Below are positions 30,157 through 49,014 of a DNA stretch of 64,000 nt, piece after piece. The DNA is taken from NCBI RefSeq assembly GCF_009914755.1, contig NC_060934.1; one strand, written 5' to 3'. The first letter of the stretch is position 1. The number at the start of each line of letters is the position of its first letter. The notes beneath the pieces were generated by a model. It worked only from the letters and a program-made list of their open reading frames with translations. It had not been told where the DNA came from and made no database searches. The stretch is from the human T2T-CHM13v2.0 reference genome, Homo sapiens. A program made the translations under genes and the position numbers.

Positions 30157-30707
30157 AGGCCCCCTGGTCCTGCATGGGCTGGGGCAACCATGCTCCCGAG
30201 TCTTGTGGCTGGGGTTCAGTGCTCTGACCAGGGGACACCAGGGCAGGGTGGACCTCTAAACCCTGTGCACTGAGGGAGGAGTGAGGGGTCCCCAGAGCAC
30301 TGCTGGGGCAGCTGGGAGCAGCCAGGGAGGAGCCTGGGAGACATTCCGGCGGCTTTGTTGTCTGAGTGAGGGAGGAAAGGGGAGTAAAGGGTTGAGTCAG
30401 GGCCTGCCTGGGGCTTTTCCTGCCACCAAACTGAACCTCGAGGCCCTGGGTTGCCTTGACCTCCAGCTCCCAGGAACAGGGGCAGCTGGTAACATGTGGC
30501 CTGAGTGGAACGGGGCAGGGCAGGGCTGGGGCAGGTGGGTGGGTATGAAGGCTCTGAGGGGTGGAGGACAGGGTGCTCGGGGGGGCTGCTGTCTCCAGGC
30601 CCAGTTGGGGGCTGTTCCAGGACTTAGGCTGTGTGGGAATCTCTACCCTCAGGCCATTACAGGCCGGTCCAGCTGCCTGGCTAAGGTGTTCCCCTGTGCC
30701 CCCCTAG

Positions 30708-31100
<393 letters not shown>

Positions 31101-31544
31101 TGAGTGACCCAGCAGTAAATGGTTGCTCCTTCCAGATAACATACAGGACCTTGGGTAAATTTGAATTTTGGGTAAACAACAAGCAGTTTTTTGGTATAGG
31201 TGTGTTCCATGCAACTTTTGCAGCTTCTCGAAAGACACACCTCTAGGTCCATCCATGCCCTCTTAGGAACATGCTGACACAGCTGCCATTCATGCCATTC
31301 ATTGTGTATCTGAAATGTAGGTCCCACAGGGCGTCGTTGGCTGAATCTGGCTGCACTCACATCCTTCCTCCTGTACTTACCCCAGCCCAGGTGACCCCTG
31401 CTTTGTGACCATGATGTCCTGTACCCTGCCCTGCGCCCTGTGCTCCTGGCACTGTCTTTGCTGCCCTGGGTCTGTCACTCCGGTCCCCTTGGGCTCCATC
31501 CGTGGGCAGCTCAGCTGGTGCTGTTCCCTGTCCTTGGGCACTAG

Positions 31545-32183
<639 letters not shown>

Positions 32184-32352
32184 TAAGCCATGGCTCCCCA
32201 GGATGCTTCCGCTGGCAAGGCTCTGTATATGGTGTTTCCCTACTCAGGCCTCCAGTTGCTCCTCCCTAGAGGGGCAGGATCTGCCTAGGAGGTGGTGGGG
32301 GCGTGTGGCGGGGCTCCCACATGGGTGACAGCCTGCTGTGTGTCCTGTGCAG

Positions 32353-32463
32353 GGATCACCAGGAACTTCTCCACCTGCTCTCCCAGCACCAAGACCTGCC
32401 CCGACGGCCACTGCGATGTTGTGGAGACCCAAGACATCAACATTTGCCCTCAGGACTGCCTCC
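32353..32463 (+). CDS. RET: RET exon 9 (cysteine-rich domain)
   Basis: tgcag| ... |gtaagc, 111 nt; [36 protein letters not shown]. Confidence 0.98.
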
Positions 32464-32847
32464 GTAAGCAGGGTTTAATCAGGGCATGGGAACAGGTAGG
32501 AGATAGTAGGGGAAACCTGGATCCCACAGGCACTTCAGCCAGAGTTGCCAGGGCTGTCAGTTCTATGCATCAAGCTGAGCCTCCTGTGCATTTCAGCATC
32601 ACCCTAGCCATGGGGAGGGAGCAGGCAGGGTCAGGGACAGGGGGAAGGCAGGGACCCACAGACTGTCCAGGCCCCTGCTGAGGTCCCAGAAGTCGGCACA
32701 CACAGATTTCAGAAGCAGAGAATGGTCAGTAGGGACACTGACAGGGAAAGTGCGGCCCTGAGCCAGACGAGGGACACTGCAATGTGCGGGTCAGGCCACC
32801 AGGCTCCAGTTTTGGAGGCAGAGTCCTTTGTTCAGATGAAATGTTAG

Positions 32848-33426
<579 letters not shown>

Positions 33427-33804
33427 TGACAAGTCACTGTCCCTGTGACCATGCAGCTGGGACCCACCCAGGAACACATTTCAAGGTCAGCAGGTATGGT
33501 GGGTTGCACAGCCACACTGACTACACTCAGGGGTGCTGTTCTGCCTGAGCATAGGGACACGTTTCTGTCATTGAGTTTTCTGGTATTATATAGCCCTACG
33601 TCCCTAGCCACTTAGCATTTTCATAAAGAAAATGCCAAAGACATTTGGAACAGAGGAAAATTTTGACCTCCCCTGCCAGCCCTCCAGTGCCAGCTGGTGT
33701 AATGAGCACAGCCTCTGCTGTGTGACCTTGGCAGGCTGCTCAGCCTCTCTGAGCCTCTGTCTCCATCTGTAAGAGGGCAATAGTGGTCTAGGAGGGGGCA
33801 GTAA

Positions 33805-34380
<576 letters not shown>

Positions 34381-36083
34381 TAGGGCGCTGTGTGGGGACA
34401 GTCTGTGGGGTGGGACTATGATGAGGTGCCGTTCCCATCTAGGTGAGAGGCAGTGGTCAGGGTCACAGCATCGGGCAGGGGAGCAGCAGTGTGGATGGAG
34501 GGGCACCGAAGTCAGAAGGGGGTGCCTTTCTGGGGAGCCTGGCCTGCAGGTCTGCATGTGCTACTCAGAGCCTCCAGGCTGTGCCGAGTATCCTGGAGCC
34601 TCCTTGTCCTGGCCAGGCAGGCCTCTGCCCTCTCCTGGTGGTGGCCTGCCCCTTCAGTGTTCCTACTAGCACTGTCCAGGGCGCTGGAAGCCAAGCCCAG
34701 TTCTGGAAGTAACAGAGGCTCAGAGCCAAGGGTGTGAGTGAACGGTGAGCCACGCAGCTTATGGTGGCGTGAATAGCTCCTCGGCAGGAGCCTCCAGGGA
34801 GGAAGCTGAGCACCCAGTGGCCACAGGGCCCTGGCAGTTCCCATCTCAGGCTGGGAGGTGGCCTGGGATTCCTGGGAGGGGCCATATCCCACAGTGCAGC
34901 TCAGCCTGAGGCCTCGGCCCTGGAGCCTCCGTTCAGGCAACACCCAGCCCTCGGTAAGGGTGTGAGCCAAGGAGGCCTTCCCAGATGTGGCCACTGCCGC
35001 TTCCCCACCAGCTTTCCTAATTGGTGGTCCCCATCCTGGCCTGGCTGCAGCTTAGCCTCATGGCAGGGCTCTAGGATGAGCCACCAGAGTCCTTCATAAA
35101 CCCAGTGGGTTTGTGTGAGGCTGCCCAGGAAGGCCGCACTGGTCTGGGCTGCTGCTGGCAGAGACCACCACCCTAACCCCAGTCAGCTCCAGAGTCACAC
35201 TCATCAGCACCAGGTCTTGGACCCATGACTCAACCTCAGTATTTGAGAGGATCAGGTTGATGTCGCCCTCATGTGCTTATTGCAGTCTCTAGAGTGTGGT
35301 AAACAGGTTTCCAGTGCCAGCTGTGGAGGTGACAGCGGCAGGGAAGCCATGGCAGTGTCGACACTGACCTTGACTGTGGGTTCCCAGGGAATGTGGGGCC
35401 AGACCAGGACAGCCCAGGAGCAGGAGACCTGGGGTGACGGATGCCCAGAGCTGGCACATCAAGGGAGGGTTCCTGGATCATGGCAGGCTTTGGCCTCCCT
35501 GGTCAGAGTTCAAGTACTGGGGGCCAGGGTGGGGGTCTGGGAAGGCATCCGGAGCAGTCCCAAGTGGGCCCAATGTGTGGATAGAACTTTGGTGGGAGGG
35601 CAGGGTGGTAGTGCCAGCAGGCAGGGTGAGCGGGTGCGTGAGGGCCAGTGGCAGCCCTTGAGGAGCAGTGCTTCCACACTCTGAGGCGGAACATGGTGGC
35701 GCCTTTCTTTGCAGGGGTGGCTATGTAGAGAAGTTGTCCTGGACACTTCCACTGTAGTCGGAGGTCCTGGGCTGGGCCTGGTGCTCATTTAGTCCTGGGG
35801 CAGGGGTCAGGGGAGACAGTAGACCAGGAACCAGAGAGGGTCGAAGTACTGAGTCCAAGCCATGCTGTGACCACACCTGTCATGTAGCAGCTTTCAGGGG
35901 CCTGGCTGTGGGGTCCCGCCCAGGGCAGAGACAGGCAGCGTTGCCGCTGGCTCAGATGACAGCCGGTTCTCTGCACATTGGAACTTGTCCATGGGGCCTC
36001 CTTTAAGGGTCTTGCCTTCTTCCTCCCCTGTCATCCTCACACTTTTCCCCCCTCTTCTCCCCCTTCCCTCATTTCCAACATAG

Positions 36084-36317
<234 letters not shown>

Positions 36318-37872
36318 TGAAGAGCCCCCAATGCTGTTCTAGAGCGGCTGCAGTTGGGGGACCCCTACCATGGGCCACTTGGGCCTAGAGAAGCAGAGCG
36401 AGGACTTTGCTCTCCCTGGAAGGCTCTAGAGGTGTTGCTGTGCCAGTGCCACTGAAGATCTAAGCTTTAAACATTTAAAAAGCCCTTTGATTTTGAGCTG
36501 ACAGCTGTCTTCACTCCAGTCTGCCCCATTCATTCCTCTCAGCCCAGTGTCTCCTGGGGTCTTGGTGAAGAGACCACCAGTAAGGACTGGCCCTCAATCT
36601 CAAGAGACCCCCATGGGCCTGTCTGGCCTGCATGCCCAGTCATGCCACAAGTTTGGCTCTTGATGGGCACATGCACCTACCCACACAGGCATGCGACTGC
36701 ACTGAGTAGCCCCCTCTTCTGTGGCCAGGCCCCAGCCCTGTGAACAGCCAGGCTGAATGGCGGTGAGGGAGAGTGGTTGGTGTACATAACAATTATCTGC
36801 AGTAGTCGGGGGCTGCACAGCACAGGGTGCTTCCAGATGCCTACCCAGCCCCAGACTGGGTTCACCTCCAAGCCAGTAAAACCCCGGACTCTCCAGGGGC
36901 ACAGGGAGACCCTTGGATTTCCATTGCAGCCATGCACAGCCCCAGGCTGCCCACACCTGGTCCAAGGGGTCCTGGGGCCCCAACTCCCAACTGTCCTCTC
37001 CCTTCCAGACAACCTTTCAGGACAGAGGAGGTGGCACGGCACAGCTGGGCAGTGGGACAGCTGACCTGGGAGGGATGGCTTAGCCATGTGTTCTGACTCT
37101 TGGAATACCTTCAGGCCCAGGCACCTGCTGGGCATTCCAGCACAGCTCTGGCCACCATCGGGACGCATGTGCTGGGCAGGTGATCCCTGTGGTGCCTCGT
37201 CCTGTTTCCATCATGCCTCTACAGTTAGACTCTCTGGGGAATCATGCTATTCATTAAGAATAAGCCAGAATGTCAGGTGTGCAGTGCACTGGTAACACTG
37301 CTTTATCTCAGGTGCTAATGTGGGTCTTCTTGGTAACTAACGGAGTGTGAGCTGCTGACGTGTGTGTGACGGATACATCAGCAGCACAGGAGATGCCTGG
37401 GCTCCAGGCTGGCCATCTCAGACAGGAGCGGGAAATGGGGAGCCTGGTCGCGGTGTGTGGACCTCCTTTATGGCTCTCCACCTTCTCCAGGGCCTCTCCC
37501 GACAAGTGGGTGTGTGGGTACCCCTCACCTTTCCAGAATGATTAATGCGGGGAATTTCTGTGGACGACTGTCTTCTAAAGACAATGACTACAGGAACATA
37601 ATGCCACATACACAGGTGGCCCAGCCCTGGGACACTCTGGGGAAAGATCCGGCATGTGTGGTTGCTGGCTCCTCAGGGTGCTTCTTCCTCAGGGTGGATG
37701 AGGCCCCTGTCCACTGATCCCAAAGGCTGGGAGAAGCCTCAAGCAGCATCGTCTTTGCAGGCCTCTCTGTCTGAACTTGGGCAAGGCGATGCAGGTCCAT
37801 CCTGACCTGGTATGGTCATGGAAGGGGCTTCCAGGAGCGATCGTTTGCAACCTGCTCTGTGCTGCATTTCAG

Positions 37873-37980
37873 AGAACGCCTCCCCGAGTGAGCTTCGAGA
37901 CCTGCTGTCAGAGTTCAACGTCCTGAAGCAGGTCAACCACCCACATGTCATCAAATTGTATGGGGCCTGCAGCCAGGATG
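37873..37980 (+). CDS. RET: RET exon 13 (kinase alphaC helix)
   Basis: ttcag| ... |gtaagg, 108 nt; [35 protein letters not shown]. Confidence 0.99.
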
Positions 37981-38852
37981 GTAAGGCCAGCTGCAGGGTG
38001 AGGTGGGCAGCCACTGCACCCAGGCTGGGGGCTCCATACAGCCCTGTTCTCCCTCTTTCTCCCTTTCCCTACTGCTCCTGCCCTGTTTCCTGTTCTCCCT
38101 CTTTCTGGAAGCCTGGCTCAGGCCCCAGCCTGGAGCTTGTGTCTAGCTGAGTCCACGGGCTGAGTGGTCACTTTCCATCAGAGGGGCCCCGCGCTAGCGG
38201 CACTCCCTGGGCCCACAGGGCTACTCAGAGGTCTCTGGTGTGACACTGCCATGTGTCCTCACCCAGTTCGGGGCTGGGCCCATGGGGCAGGGAGCTCTAG
38301 GAATGGACAGTGCATCCTGGGTACTAGGGTACCCTGGGTACCACAGGGCACCAGGTGTGCTGTGACCTCAGGTGACCCCAGCCCCGCCCTGCATGGCAGG
38401 AACATTGTCACCATTTCTCAGATAAAGACCCAGGAGACCAGCCTGGTTTGTTGGTTTTCCAAACCACCATGCTGCTCAGGGGCTTCCCAGCATGCGTGTG
38501 TGGGTGTGTGCGAGAGGGATAGGGAACCCAAACACCGGGAGTGCGCAGCAGGCACTGTGGTCGGCACCAGTAGAGTTGGAGGCTGGGCCTGGGACAGGAC
38601 AGGTGGGAACAGGGAGCAGGCTGTGTGCAGAGCCCAGCGCCAGGCAGGAACCCTTGCATCTGCGCAGGCCTCTGCCTCCATCAGCATCCCCAGCCTGCAC
38701 TGGGGCAGGACCCAGGAGGCAAAAAGGCTTGGCGTCCTAGCATCAGGGAGGGGTGCCTCCCAGGGCAGTGTCGCCTGCCTCAGGCACCTCGAGAAGGAGG
38801 CACCCACACGAGCAGCAGGAGGCAGAGAGCAAGTGGTTCAAGAGAAAGCTGA

Positions 38853-39781
<929 letters not shown>

Positions 39782-41442
39782 TAGGAAAGATACCGAAGAT
39801 TAGTGGAGCTCTAAGCTTTTTATAGCCCTCACCCCAAATCTTTCTGACCCTGGGTCCCCAAGGACCCAATTAGAACTCCGCTCAGCCTCTGCCATGTCCT
39901 TCTCCTCCAGGGCCTCCAGGGCACCCCTCCCTGGCAGCATACTGACCCGAGGCCCTTGCTGCACTTTTCAGAGGCCACCTCATGCTGCGGAACTAACAGT
40001 CCTCTTCTGCAGAATAAAGGTCACCGTTCTGATATGACCTTAGCTCTTTTCTCAAAGAAGGGTGGGATGAAATTAGCAGGATCGTCATTCTTTGCAAAAA
40101 GGAATGAACTGCTTTACAAGTGAGGCTTCTCCCGCACAGGGGCCTTGGACACTGGGCTGGGTGAGTTTAGAGGCATAGGAACCCCCTGGACAGGATCCAG
40201 AAACGCAGCCCAGCTTTGTCCAAGTCTATGAAACAGGCAGTGGGCACCCTTGGGGACACCTGGTTCCCTACCATGGTCCTAGTCCCGGGACAACTGCCTT
40301 GGCCCTCTTAGTTTTTCTGCCCATGTCAGCCCCTCTCCTGCAGCCTCCCAGTGGCAGCCCAGGCAGGGCAAGTTCAGGGGGCTGCTCAAAGGCCATGCCG
40401 CCCAGACGTTCAGAGCAGACCCTGCTCAAAAAAGAAGAAGAAAAAAAAAAACCACAAAAGGCGACTTCCTATGATTCAGCTTTGCTCTGAGGGGTCTGGA
40501 GAAGCCATTTGTGTTGCCAGGGGTTGTGAGCTGTTCCGTTTCTTCTGGGGTTTCCCTTGTGACAGCAGATCTCAGAACTGCTGTGGGGGGAAGTGGTAGG
40601 GGCTGGCCCCTGCCCTGTGGAGGGTGTGGACAGAGCCTTCCTGTTGATGCACTGGTCCTCCAGGGAGAGAAGCTGAAGGCATTCTTATACAAGACGTGCA
40701 GGCTACACTGTCACACACTGCTGCCAAGACAGCCACACTGCACTAAGGACATAAATCCCTCATGTGTTTAAGTAAAAGAAGTGACAGTAAGATTGTGTTA
40801 CAACCCAAGGCACACATTTTAAAAATGGACTTGCACCTTCAGGCTTGTCTGTGGAGAAGCTGTTTCTCAAGTCACCCTGGAAAGGATTTGTTAGGTCAGA
40901 CCCCAGCACTGATGAGGGATGTAGGGGGCTGGGGGCACTCATTCAGAGATGCTAAAAGCACCCTGCAATACAATAAGAGAGAAAAAACAGCCTCCCCCAA
41001 GGCACACAGACAAATCCCTTCCCTCAAGGCTCCTTCAGTGTGGTAGCTGCTGGCAAAGTGCCCAACATGGAAATGCTAGATGTTGGTTTCCCAAACACAT
41101 TGGCCCTCAGAACCCCAGGGGAGATCTTGCAGGGGGAGTTCCAGGCCCATGCGTAGGGAAGCACTGCTCTGCACTACCAGCAGGCCTGTGGCATGTGACA
41201 AGCTGGCCCTGTGTGCCTGTGGGTGGGCAGCTGACTCCCGCCAGCATCTCAGCAATCCACAGGAGGTTCAGGCTGGAGCTCCAGCCCCTTCAAAGATGTG
41301 TGTGGCCAGTTCTGTGCCCAGGAGTGTCTACAGCACTCCTCTGGTTACTGAAAGCTCAGGGATAGGGCCTGGCCTTCTCCTTTACCCCTCCTTCCTAGAG
41401 AGTTAGAGTAACTTCAATGTCTTTATTCCATCTTCTCTTTAG

Positions 41443-41513
41443 GGTCGGATTCCAGTTAAATGGATGGCAATTGAATCCCTTTTTGATCATATCTACACCA
41501 CGCAAAGTGATGT
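41443..41513 (+). CDS. RET: RET exon 16 (P+1 loop, M918)
   Basis: tttag| ... |gtaagt, 71 nt; GRIPVKWMAIESLFDHIYTTQSDV (too short for the ORF track). Confidence 0.99.
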
Positions 41514-42095
41514 GTAAGTGTGGGTGTTGCTCTCTTGGGGTGGAGGTTACAGAAACACCCTTATACATGTAGTGGGGCCACGACGCCCGTCTGTGCAGCT
41601 TGGCCAGGGAATTGCACTGGCCCTGAGCACCTGTCTGCAGTGCTAGCCCTCTGCAATGACCCCCTCACTGAGGGGCCTTCATGATGTGTTCGTGAGGCAA
41701 ATGGCTGGGCCAGGCCGGGCTGCAGTTCTGAAAGCTCCGGTAGAGCATGAGAGCCGAGCAGGTGGCCAGTAACCCAGCCTCCCCCACCCTTGCTAGTCCC
41801 ATGCCTCCCTCTGGGTCCCTTGGTGACTCAGGCCCAGCCCAGCAGTTACCCTCCTGTGGTCCTGAGTAGGGCTTTGGGCTCAGGCAGAGCACCCAGTGAC
41901 TTGCCCCCACCCACAAGTGGAGCTTGGGGACTCCACCTGAAGATGGCCTTGTGTGAGTTTATAGATTGGTGTGCCCCAAACTGCTCAAAGGTGGAAGCCA
42001 AAATCTCATTCTTCCAGGTCCAATGACAAGAGCTGATCACTTTTAAAACACAGGATTCTTGCCTCTAAAGTGTTCTACAGTCAGCAGAGGTGTGA

Positions 42096-42406
<311 letters not shown>

Positions 42407-42925
42407 AACATGTGCATCTTAAATACTGTGGGCTGTGAATAAGCAATTGGACAACAGCTTTCCGATTATATAAGCTGACTGTAGGCTAGTTGGAAAAGGC
42501 AGAGAAAAGCATAAAGAAGAGACTGAATGTCACTGGACCACACCGCCCAGTGACCTCTGGCTGCCCTCTGGTGTGCTCCGTGGTGTGCACATGTATGCTT
42601 TTTATTGCCCTAAATGGGCTCATGCGATGCTGTTTTGTGATATGATTTTGTTCCCATTGCAAAGCGAGTTTTCCTTCACAGTTAAAATGTTTTTCTATAG
42701 CTTTTTTTCCTTCTAAGATTTTATGAAATTTTCCAAGCACATAGAAATGGCAAAAGAACTATACAAGGCACTCTGAGTCTGGTGGCCTGCATTCTCACCG
42801 CTTTAAGTGTGAGAATCTTAAGAATTATTAAGATTAATTCATGATATTAATTAATGTATCATTAATTCATTAATCATGAATTCATCTTAAGCCTCATGTG
42901 TCCCTTGTGCGTGTGGCTGCTCTGA

Positions 42926-43306
<381 letters not shown>

Positions 43307-44071
43307 TGAGCGGGGACTGGCTTTGGCCCAGCCTCACTTGGGAAGGGAGGGGACATCTGTGTGCATTCCCTCCCCATCCAGAGCAGCCCCAGGAGAAACC
43401 AGGAGAAGTGGGGGGTGGGGAGTGGGCAGGGCAGAGGTTAGAGAGCCATCCTTGGGTGTGGCAGTAGATGCTGGGGGTCCTACCCCACTGAGGGCTGGTG
43501 GGCTTCCTAGGGGGTCTTATAAAAATGAGTGAGAGCAGAGACTGGTGCAATGCAAGCTCAAGGGCTGAGAGCTGTCCCAGCAGGACACTTAGGGAGGAGA
43601 AGGTAATTCCAGATGGCCCAGGGGGCACGTGTTAAGGGGTGCCTGAGTGGAGGTGCAGAGCCAGGCAGGGGCAGCCTGGGCTGCAACCTGAGAGGTTGAA
43701 ACCTTTACACTCTCAGGGGAGATGGTCTTAGAAACCAGGCTGAGAACAGATGAGAAAGGGCTGCCCAGAGGCAGAGATGCATGGTACATGCATTCCACAG
43801 AGTGTGCACACTGCTGGGGCGTGGAGGGGGCATGCTGGGCCGAGAAGCCAGGTACCACCTCCCTGGGCCCCCAGCTGGTGGCCAGCTGGAGCGCTGTGGT
43901 CTGCCTGGGCACCCAGGCAAGCAAGGACGGTGCAGGACAGACGTGTGATTGCCAAAGGTTCTTGTTTGTCTGTCTCCACACCTAAAAGCCCTCAATCAAT
44001 TCATTCTTCTTGAGAGTTTTAAGGACTGGCACTTCTCACTTAGCTGCCAGAGCAAGCATAGTATCCAGTGA

Positions 44072-44641
<570 letters not shown>

Positions 44642-46050
44642 TGAACCCTTCTCAGGCCAGGCCGCTTGGGCTTCTTTTCAAGTCATGAAGAAACCAAGAT
44701 TCTTGACATTTAGGAAAAGCTCTCTACAGACAGGCATGGGAGGAAAATATTCCAAAGCCAAAAAGAAATAGTTTTCCATAATGGAAAATGAGAAAGTTGA
44801 GTTAAAGCAAGTGCCCAAAATTCAGATGCCCAGAGGGGGGTCCGGCTGGAGGAGGGCAGTGAGTAAGGAGCAGTGGAGACTGTGGCAAACAGCCAGCCCC
44901 CTCCAAAGGGTTCCTTGCTGGAGTACCTGTGGCCTGCAGAAAAAGGAGCCAGGAATGGGCTGGGTCTTCTGAATTTTATGAGGTTTATGTTGTCTCCCAG
45001 TTTTTATTGTTAACAATTCATTTAAATTTCCCAGAGCCGAACGCAGGCCAAACAAAGCATATCGGGGGGTGGCCAGAGTCAGCCTGTGTGCCTGGAAGTA
45101 CAGTTTGTGAGGTCTACACATTTTCAACCAATATTCATCAGGCAGCTGCTAGGACCCATACTATGTCTCAGAGGCTGGGAATGCAGATAAACAAGACCAG
45201 CACAGCCCTGCCCTCACGGGGTTTACACACAGGCCTTGTCTTAACATTGGCACATTTACTGAGTTGTCACTTCTTCCGACTTGGATAGCGGGATGCAGGA
45301 CCTAGGACCCCATAGGAAAACTTCACATCACTGTCTCGCTTGGATGAAAACTTCAAGTCCTGAGAATGCAGGGTTGTTCAAAACAGAAGCGATCACTGGT
45401 GCTGGCCTTCCTAGAACAGTGCTGAGAAACAGCCGGGAAAACGCTGGGCCCCTCTGTGCACATTCAAGCTGGGCATTGAAAGGAGCAGACGCCAGTGGCC
45501 CCTCGTGCTGGGGAGCCCGTGCCTGTAGCAGGGTCCTGTGCACCCTGACAGCGCTGTCAGATTTCAGAACTCAGCCCTGACGTGACGTTCTAGATGGCAG
45601 GGGTCCTTGGGGAAAGCTGGAAAACATCCTGCAGGCTGGGGCTGCGTCCTGGCATGTGGCTGCAGTGGGCTCCCCCAGAGCCCAAGGGTTTGTCAGCGGG
45701 CTGGTTCCGTGCTGCCCATCTCCGGGTTGGGCCAGGGGCAGCTAGATGAGGCGTCCCCCAGGGCTGCCCTCCAGGCCCTGGAGATAAGACGCTGAGGGAG
45801 CACATTTCTTTCCCCAGGGAGGTGACTTTCCAGGGGAAGAGACAGAATAGACAACACCCAGGGGAGTGATGGGGACCTCAGAGCAGGACCAGGCCAGCCA
45901 GGAGTCCTGGGAGCTCTATGCAGCCTGGCCCTGGTCTCTTGGAGAGGTCAGGAGATTGGTGCGAGGTGGAGACACAGCCAGAGCCTCTGCCCTGAGGATG
46001 GCTTGTTGTATACTGAGTTGTATCTAGTTGTGGCACATGGCTTGGAGTGA

Positions 46051-46251
<201 letters not shown>

Positions 46252-46983
46252 CACCGCTGTCCCCTCTGCACTATCCTTCCTCTCTGTGATGCTTTTTAAA
46301 AATGTTTCTGGTCTGAACAAAACCAAAGTCTGCTCTGAACCTTTTTATTTGTAAATGTCTGACTTTGCATCCAGTTTACATTTAGGCATTATTGCAACTA
46401 TGTTTTTCTAAAAGGAAGTGAAAATAAGTGTAATTACCACATTGCCCAGCAACTTAGGATGGTAGAGGAAAAAACAGATCAGGGCGGAACTCTCAGGGGA
46501 GACCAAGAACAGGTTGAATAAGGCGCTTCTGGGGTGGGAATCAAGTCATAGTACTTCTACTTTAACTAAGTGGATAAATATACAAATCTGGGGAGGTATT
46601 CAGTTGAGAAAGGAGCCACCAGCACCACTCAGCCTGCACTGGGAGCACAGCCAGGTTCCCCCAGACCCCTCCTGGGCAGGCAGGTGCCTCTCAGAGGCCA
46701 CCCGGCACTGGCGAGCAGCCACTGGCCAAGCCTCAGCCCCAGTCCCAGCCACATGTCCTCCATCAGGGGTAGCGAGGTTGCAGGAGCTGGCTGGCCCTGG
46801 GAGGACGCACCCCCACTGCTGTTTTCACATCCTTTCCCTTACCCACCTTCAGGACGGTTGTCACTTATGAAGTCAGTGCTAAAGCTGGAGCAGTTGCTTT
46901 TTGAAAGAACATGGTCTGTGGTGCTGTGGTCTTACAATGGACAGTAAATATGGTTCTTGCCAAAACTCCTTCTTTTGTCTTCG

Positions 46984-46989
46984 ATTAAA
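46984..46989 (+). terminator. Candidate intron-19 poly(A) signal for RET9 mRNA
   Basis: ATTAAA followed by T/GT-rich sequence about 730 nt after the RET9 stop. Confidence 0.6.
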
Positions 46990-47484
46990 TACTAGAAATT
47001 TTTTCTGTTTCCTAACTTCATCATTGATTGTTTGAAATCTTGGAGTTTCAAGCATTTTTTTCAAGCTGAGACGGTTCCTTTTGCATGCCTCCTGACTCAC
47101 TGACTCCTCACTGGCTTTGTGTCTAGTGCCACACTCCATTTGTGCTGACGATGCTATGAGGCTGGCCCGTGTGCACCCTCGATTTGGAAGGTCCTCTTCT
47201 CCGTTGTAGGCTCAGACAACAGACGAGTGCCTCCTTTACGTTAGAGAATGTTTTATAGAACGTTTCCGCTGCAGTAAGCCATTGAGTGCAGCAGTGTGCT
47301 GTTGCCCTACACTGCCTTAGAAAAAGAGTTAAGCAGTTCGACAAATATACATCAGATTAGAGAGTCTCAAGTTCATAAAAGTCAAAATTGGTAGTGTCTG
47401 TTAAGTTACATTTACCAAGAGAGCACATGATATTTCCCCTAACTATAACAGTGTTTTTGGAAACCTGGAACACAAAACCATTAA

Positions 47485-47766
<282 letters not shown>

Positions 47767-49014
47767 CATTTCTTTGTGAAAGGTAATGGACTCACAAGGG
47801 GAAGAAACATGCTGAGAATGGAAAGTCTACCGGCCCTTTCTTTGTGAACGTCACATTGGCTGAGCCGTGTTCAGTTCCCAGGTGGCAGACTCGTTTTTGG
47901 TAGTTTGTTTTAACTTCCAAGGTGGTTTTACTTCTGATAGCCGGTGATTTTCCCTCCTAGCAGACATGCCACACCGGGTAAGAGCTCTGAGTCTTAGTGG
48001 TTAAGCATTCCTTTCTCTTCAGTGCCCAGCAGCACCCAGTGTTGGTCTGTGTCCATCAGTGACCACCAACATTCTGTGTTCACATGTGTGGGTCCAACAC
48101 TTACTACCTGGTGTATGAAATTGGACCTGAACTGTTGGATTTTTCTAGTTGCCGCCAAACAAGGCAAAAAAATTTAAACATGAAGCACACACACAAAAAA
48201 GGCAGTAGGAAAAATGCTGGCCCTGATGACCTGTCCTTATTCAGAATGAGAGACTGCGGGGGGGGCCTGGGGGTAGTGTCAATGCCCCTCCAGGGCTGGA
48301 GGGGAAGAGGGGCCCCGAGGATGGGCCTGGGCTCAGCATTCGAGATCTTGAGAATGATTTTTTTTTAATCATGCAACCTTTCCTTAGGAAGACATTTGGT
48401 TTTCATCATGATTAAGATGATTCCTAGATTTAGCACAATGGAGAGATTCCATGCCATCTTTACTATGTGGATGGTGGTATCAGGGAAGAGGGCTCACAAG
48501 ACACATTTGTCCCCCGGGCCCACCACATCATCCTCACGTGTTCGGTACTGAGCAGCCACTACCCCTGATGAGAACAGTATGAAGAAAGGGGGCTGTTGGA
48601 GTCCCAGAATTGCTGACAGCAGAGGCTTTGCTGCTGTGAATCCCACCTGCCACCAGCCTGCAGCACACCCCACAGCCAAGTAGAGGCGAAAGCAGTGGCT
48701 CATCCTACCTGTTAGGAGCAGGTAGGGCTTGTACTCACTTTAATTTGAATCTTATCAACTTACTCATAAAGGGACAGGCTAGCTAGCTGTGTTAGAAGTA
48801 GCAATGACAATGACCAAGGACTGCTACACCTCTGATTACAATTCTGATGTGAAAAAGATGGTGTTTGGCTCTTATAGAGCCCGTGTGAAAGGCCCATGGA
48901 TCAGCTCTTCCTGTGTTTGTAATTTAATGCTGCTACAAGATGTTTCTGTTTCTTAGATTCTGACCATGACTCATAAGCTTCTTGTCATTCTTCATTGCTT
49001 GTTTGTGGTCACAG

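Noticed and set aside
28900-30700. Consensus ERE for the reported intronic estrogen-responsive RET enhancer
   Set aside because: Only half-sites or wrongly spaced pairs found (e.g. gggtca-cc-tgccct near 29705); cannot be placed from sequence alone
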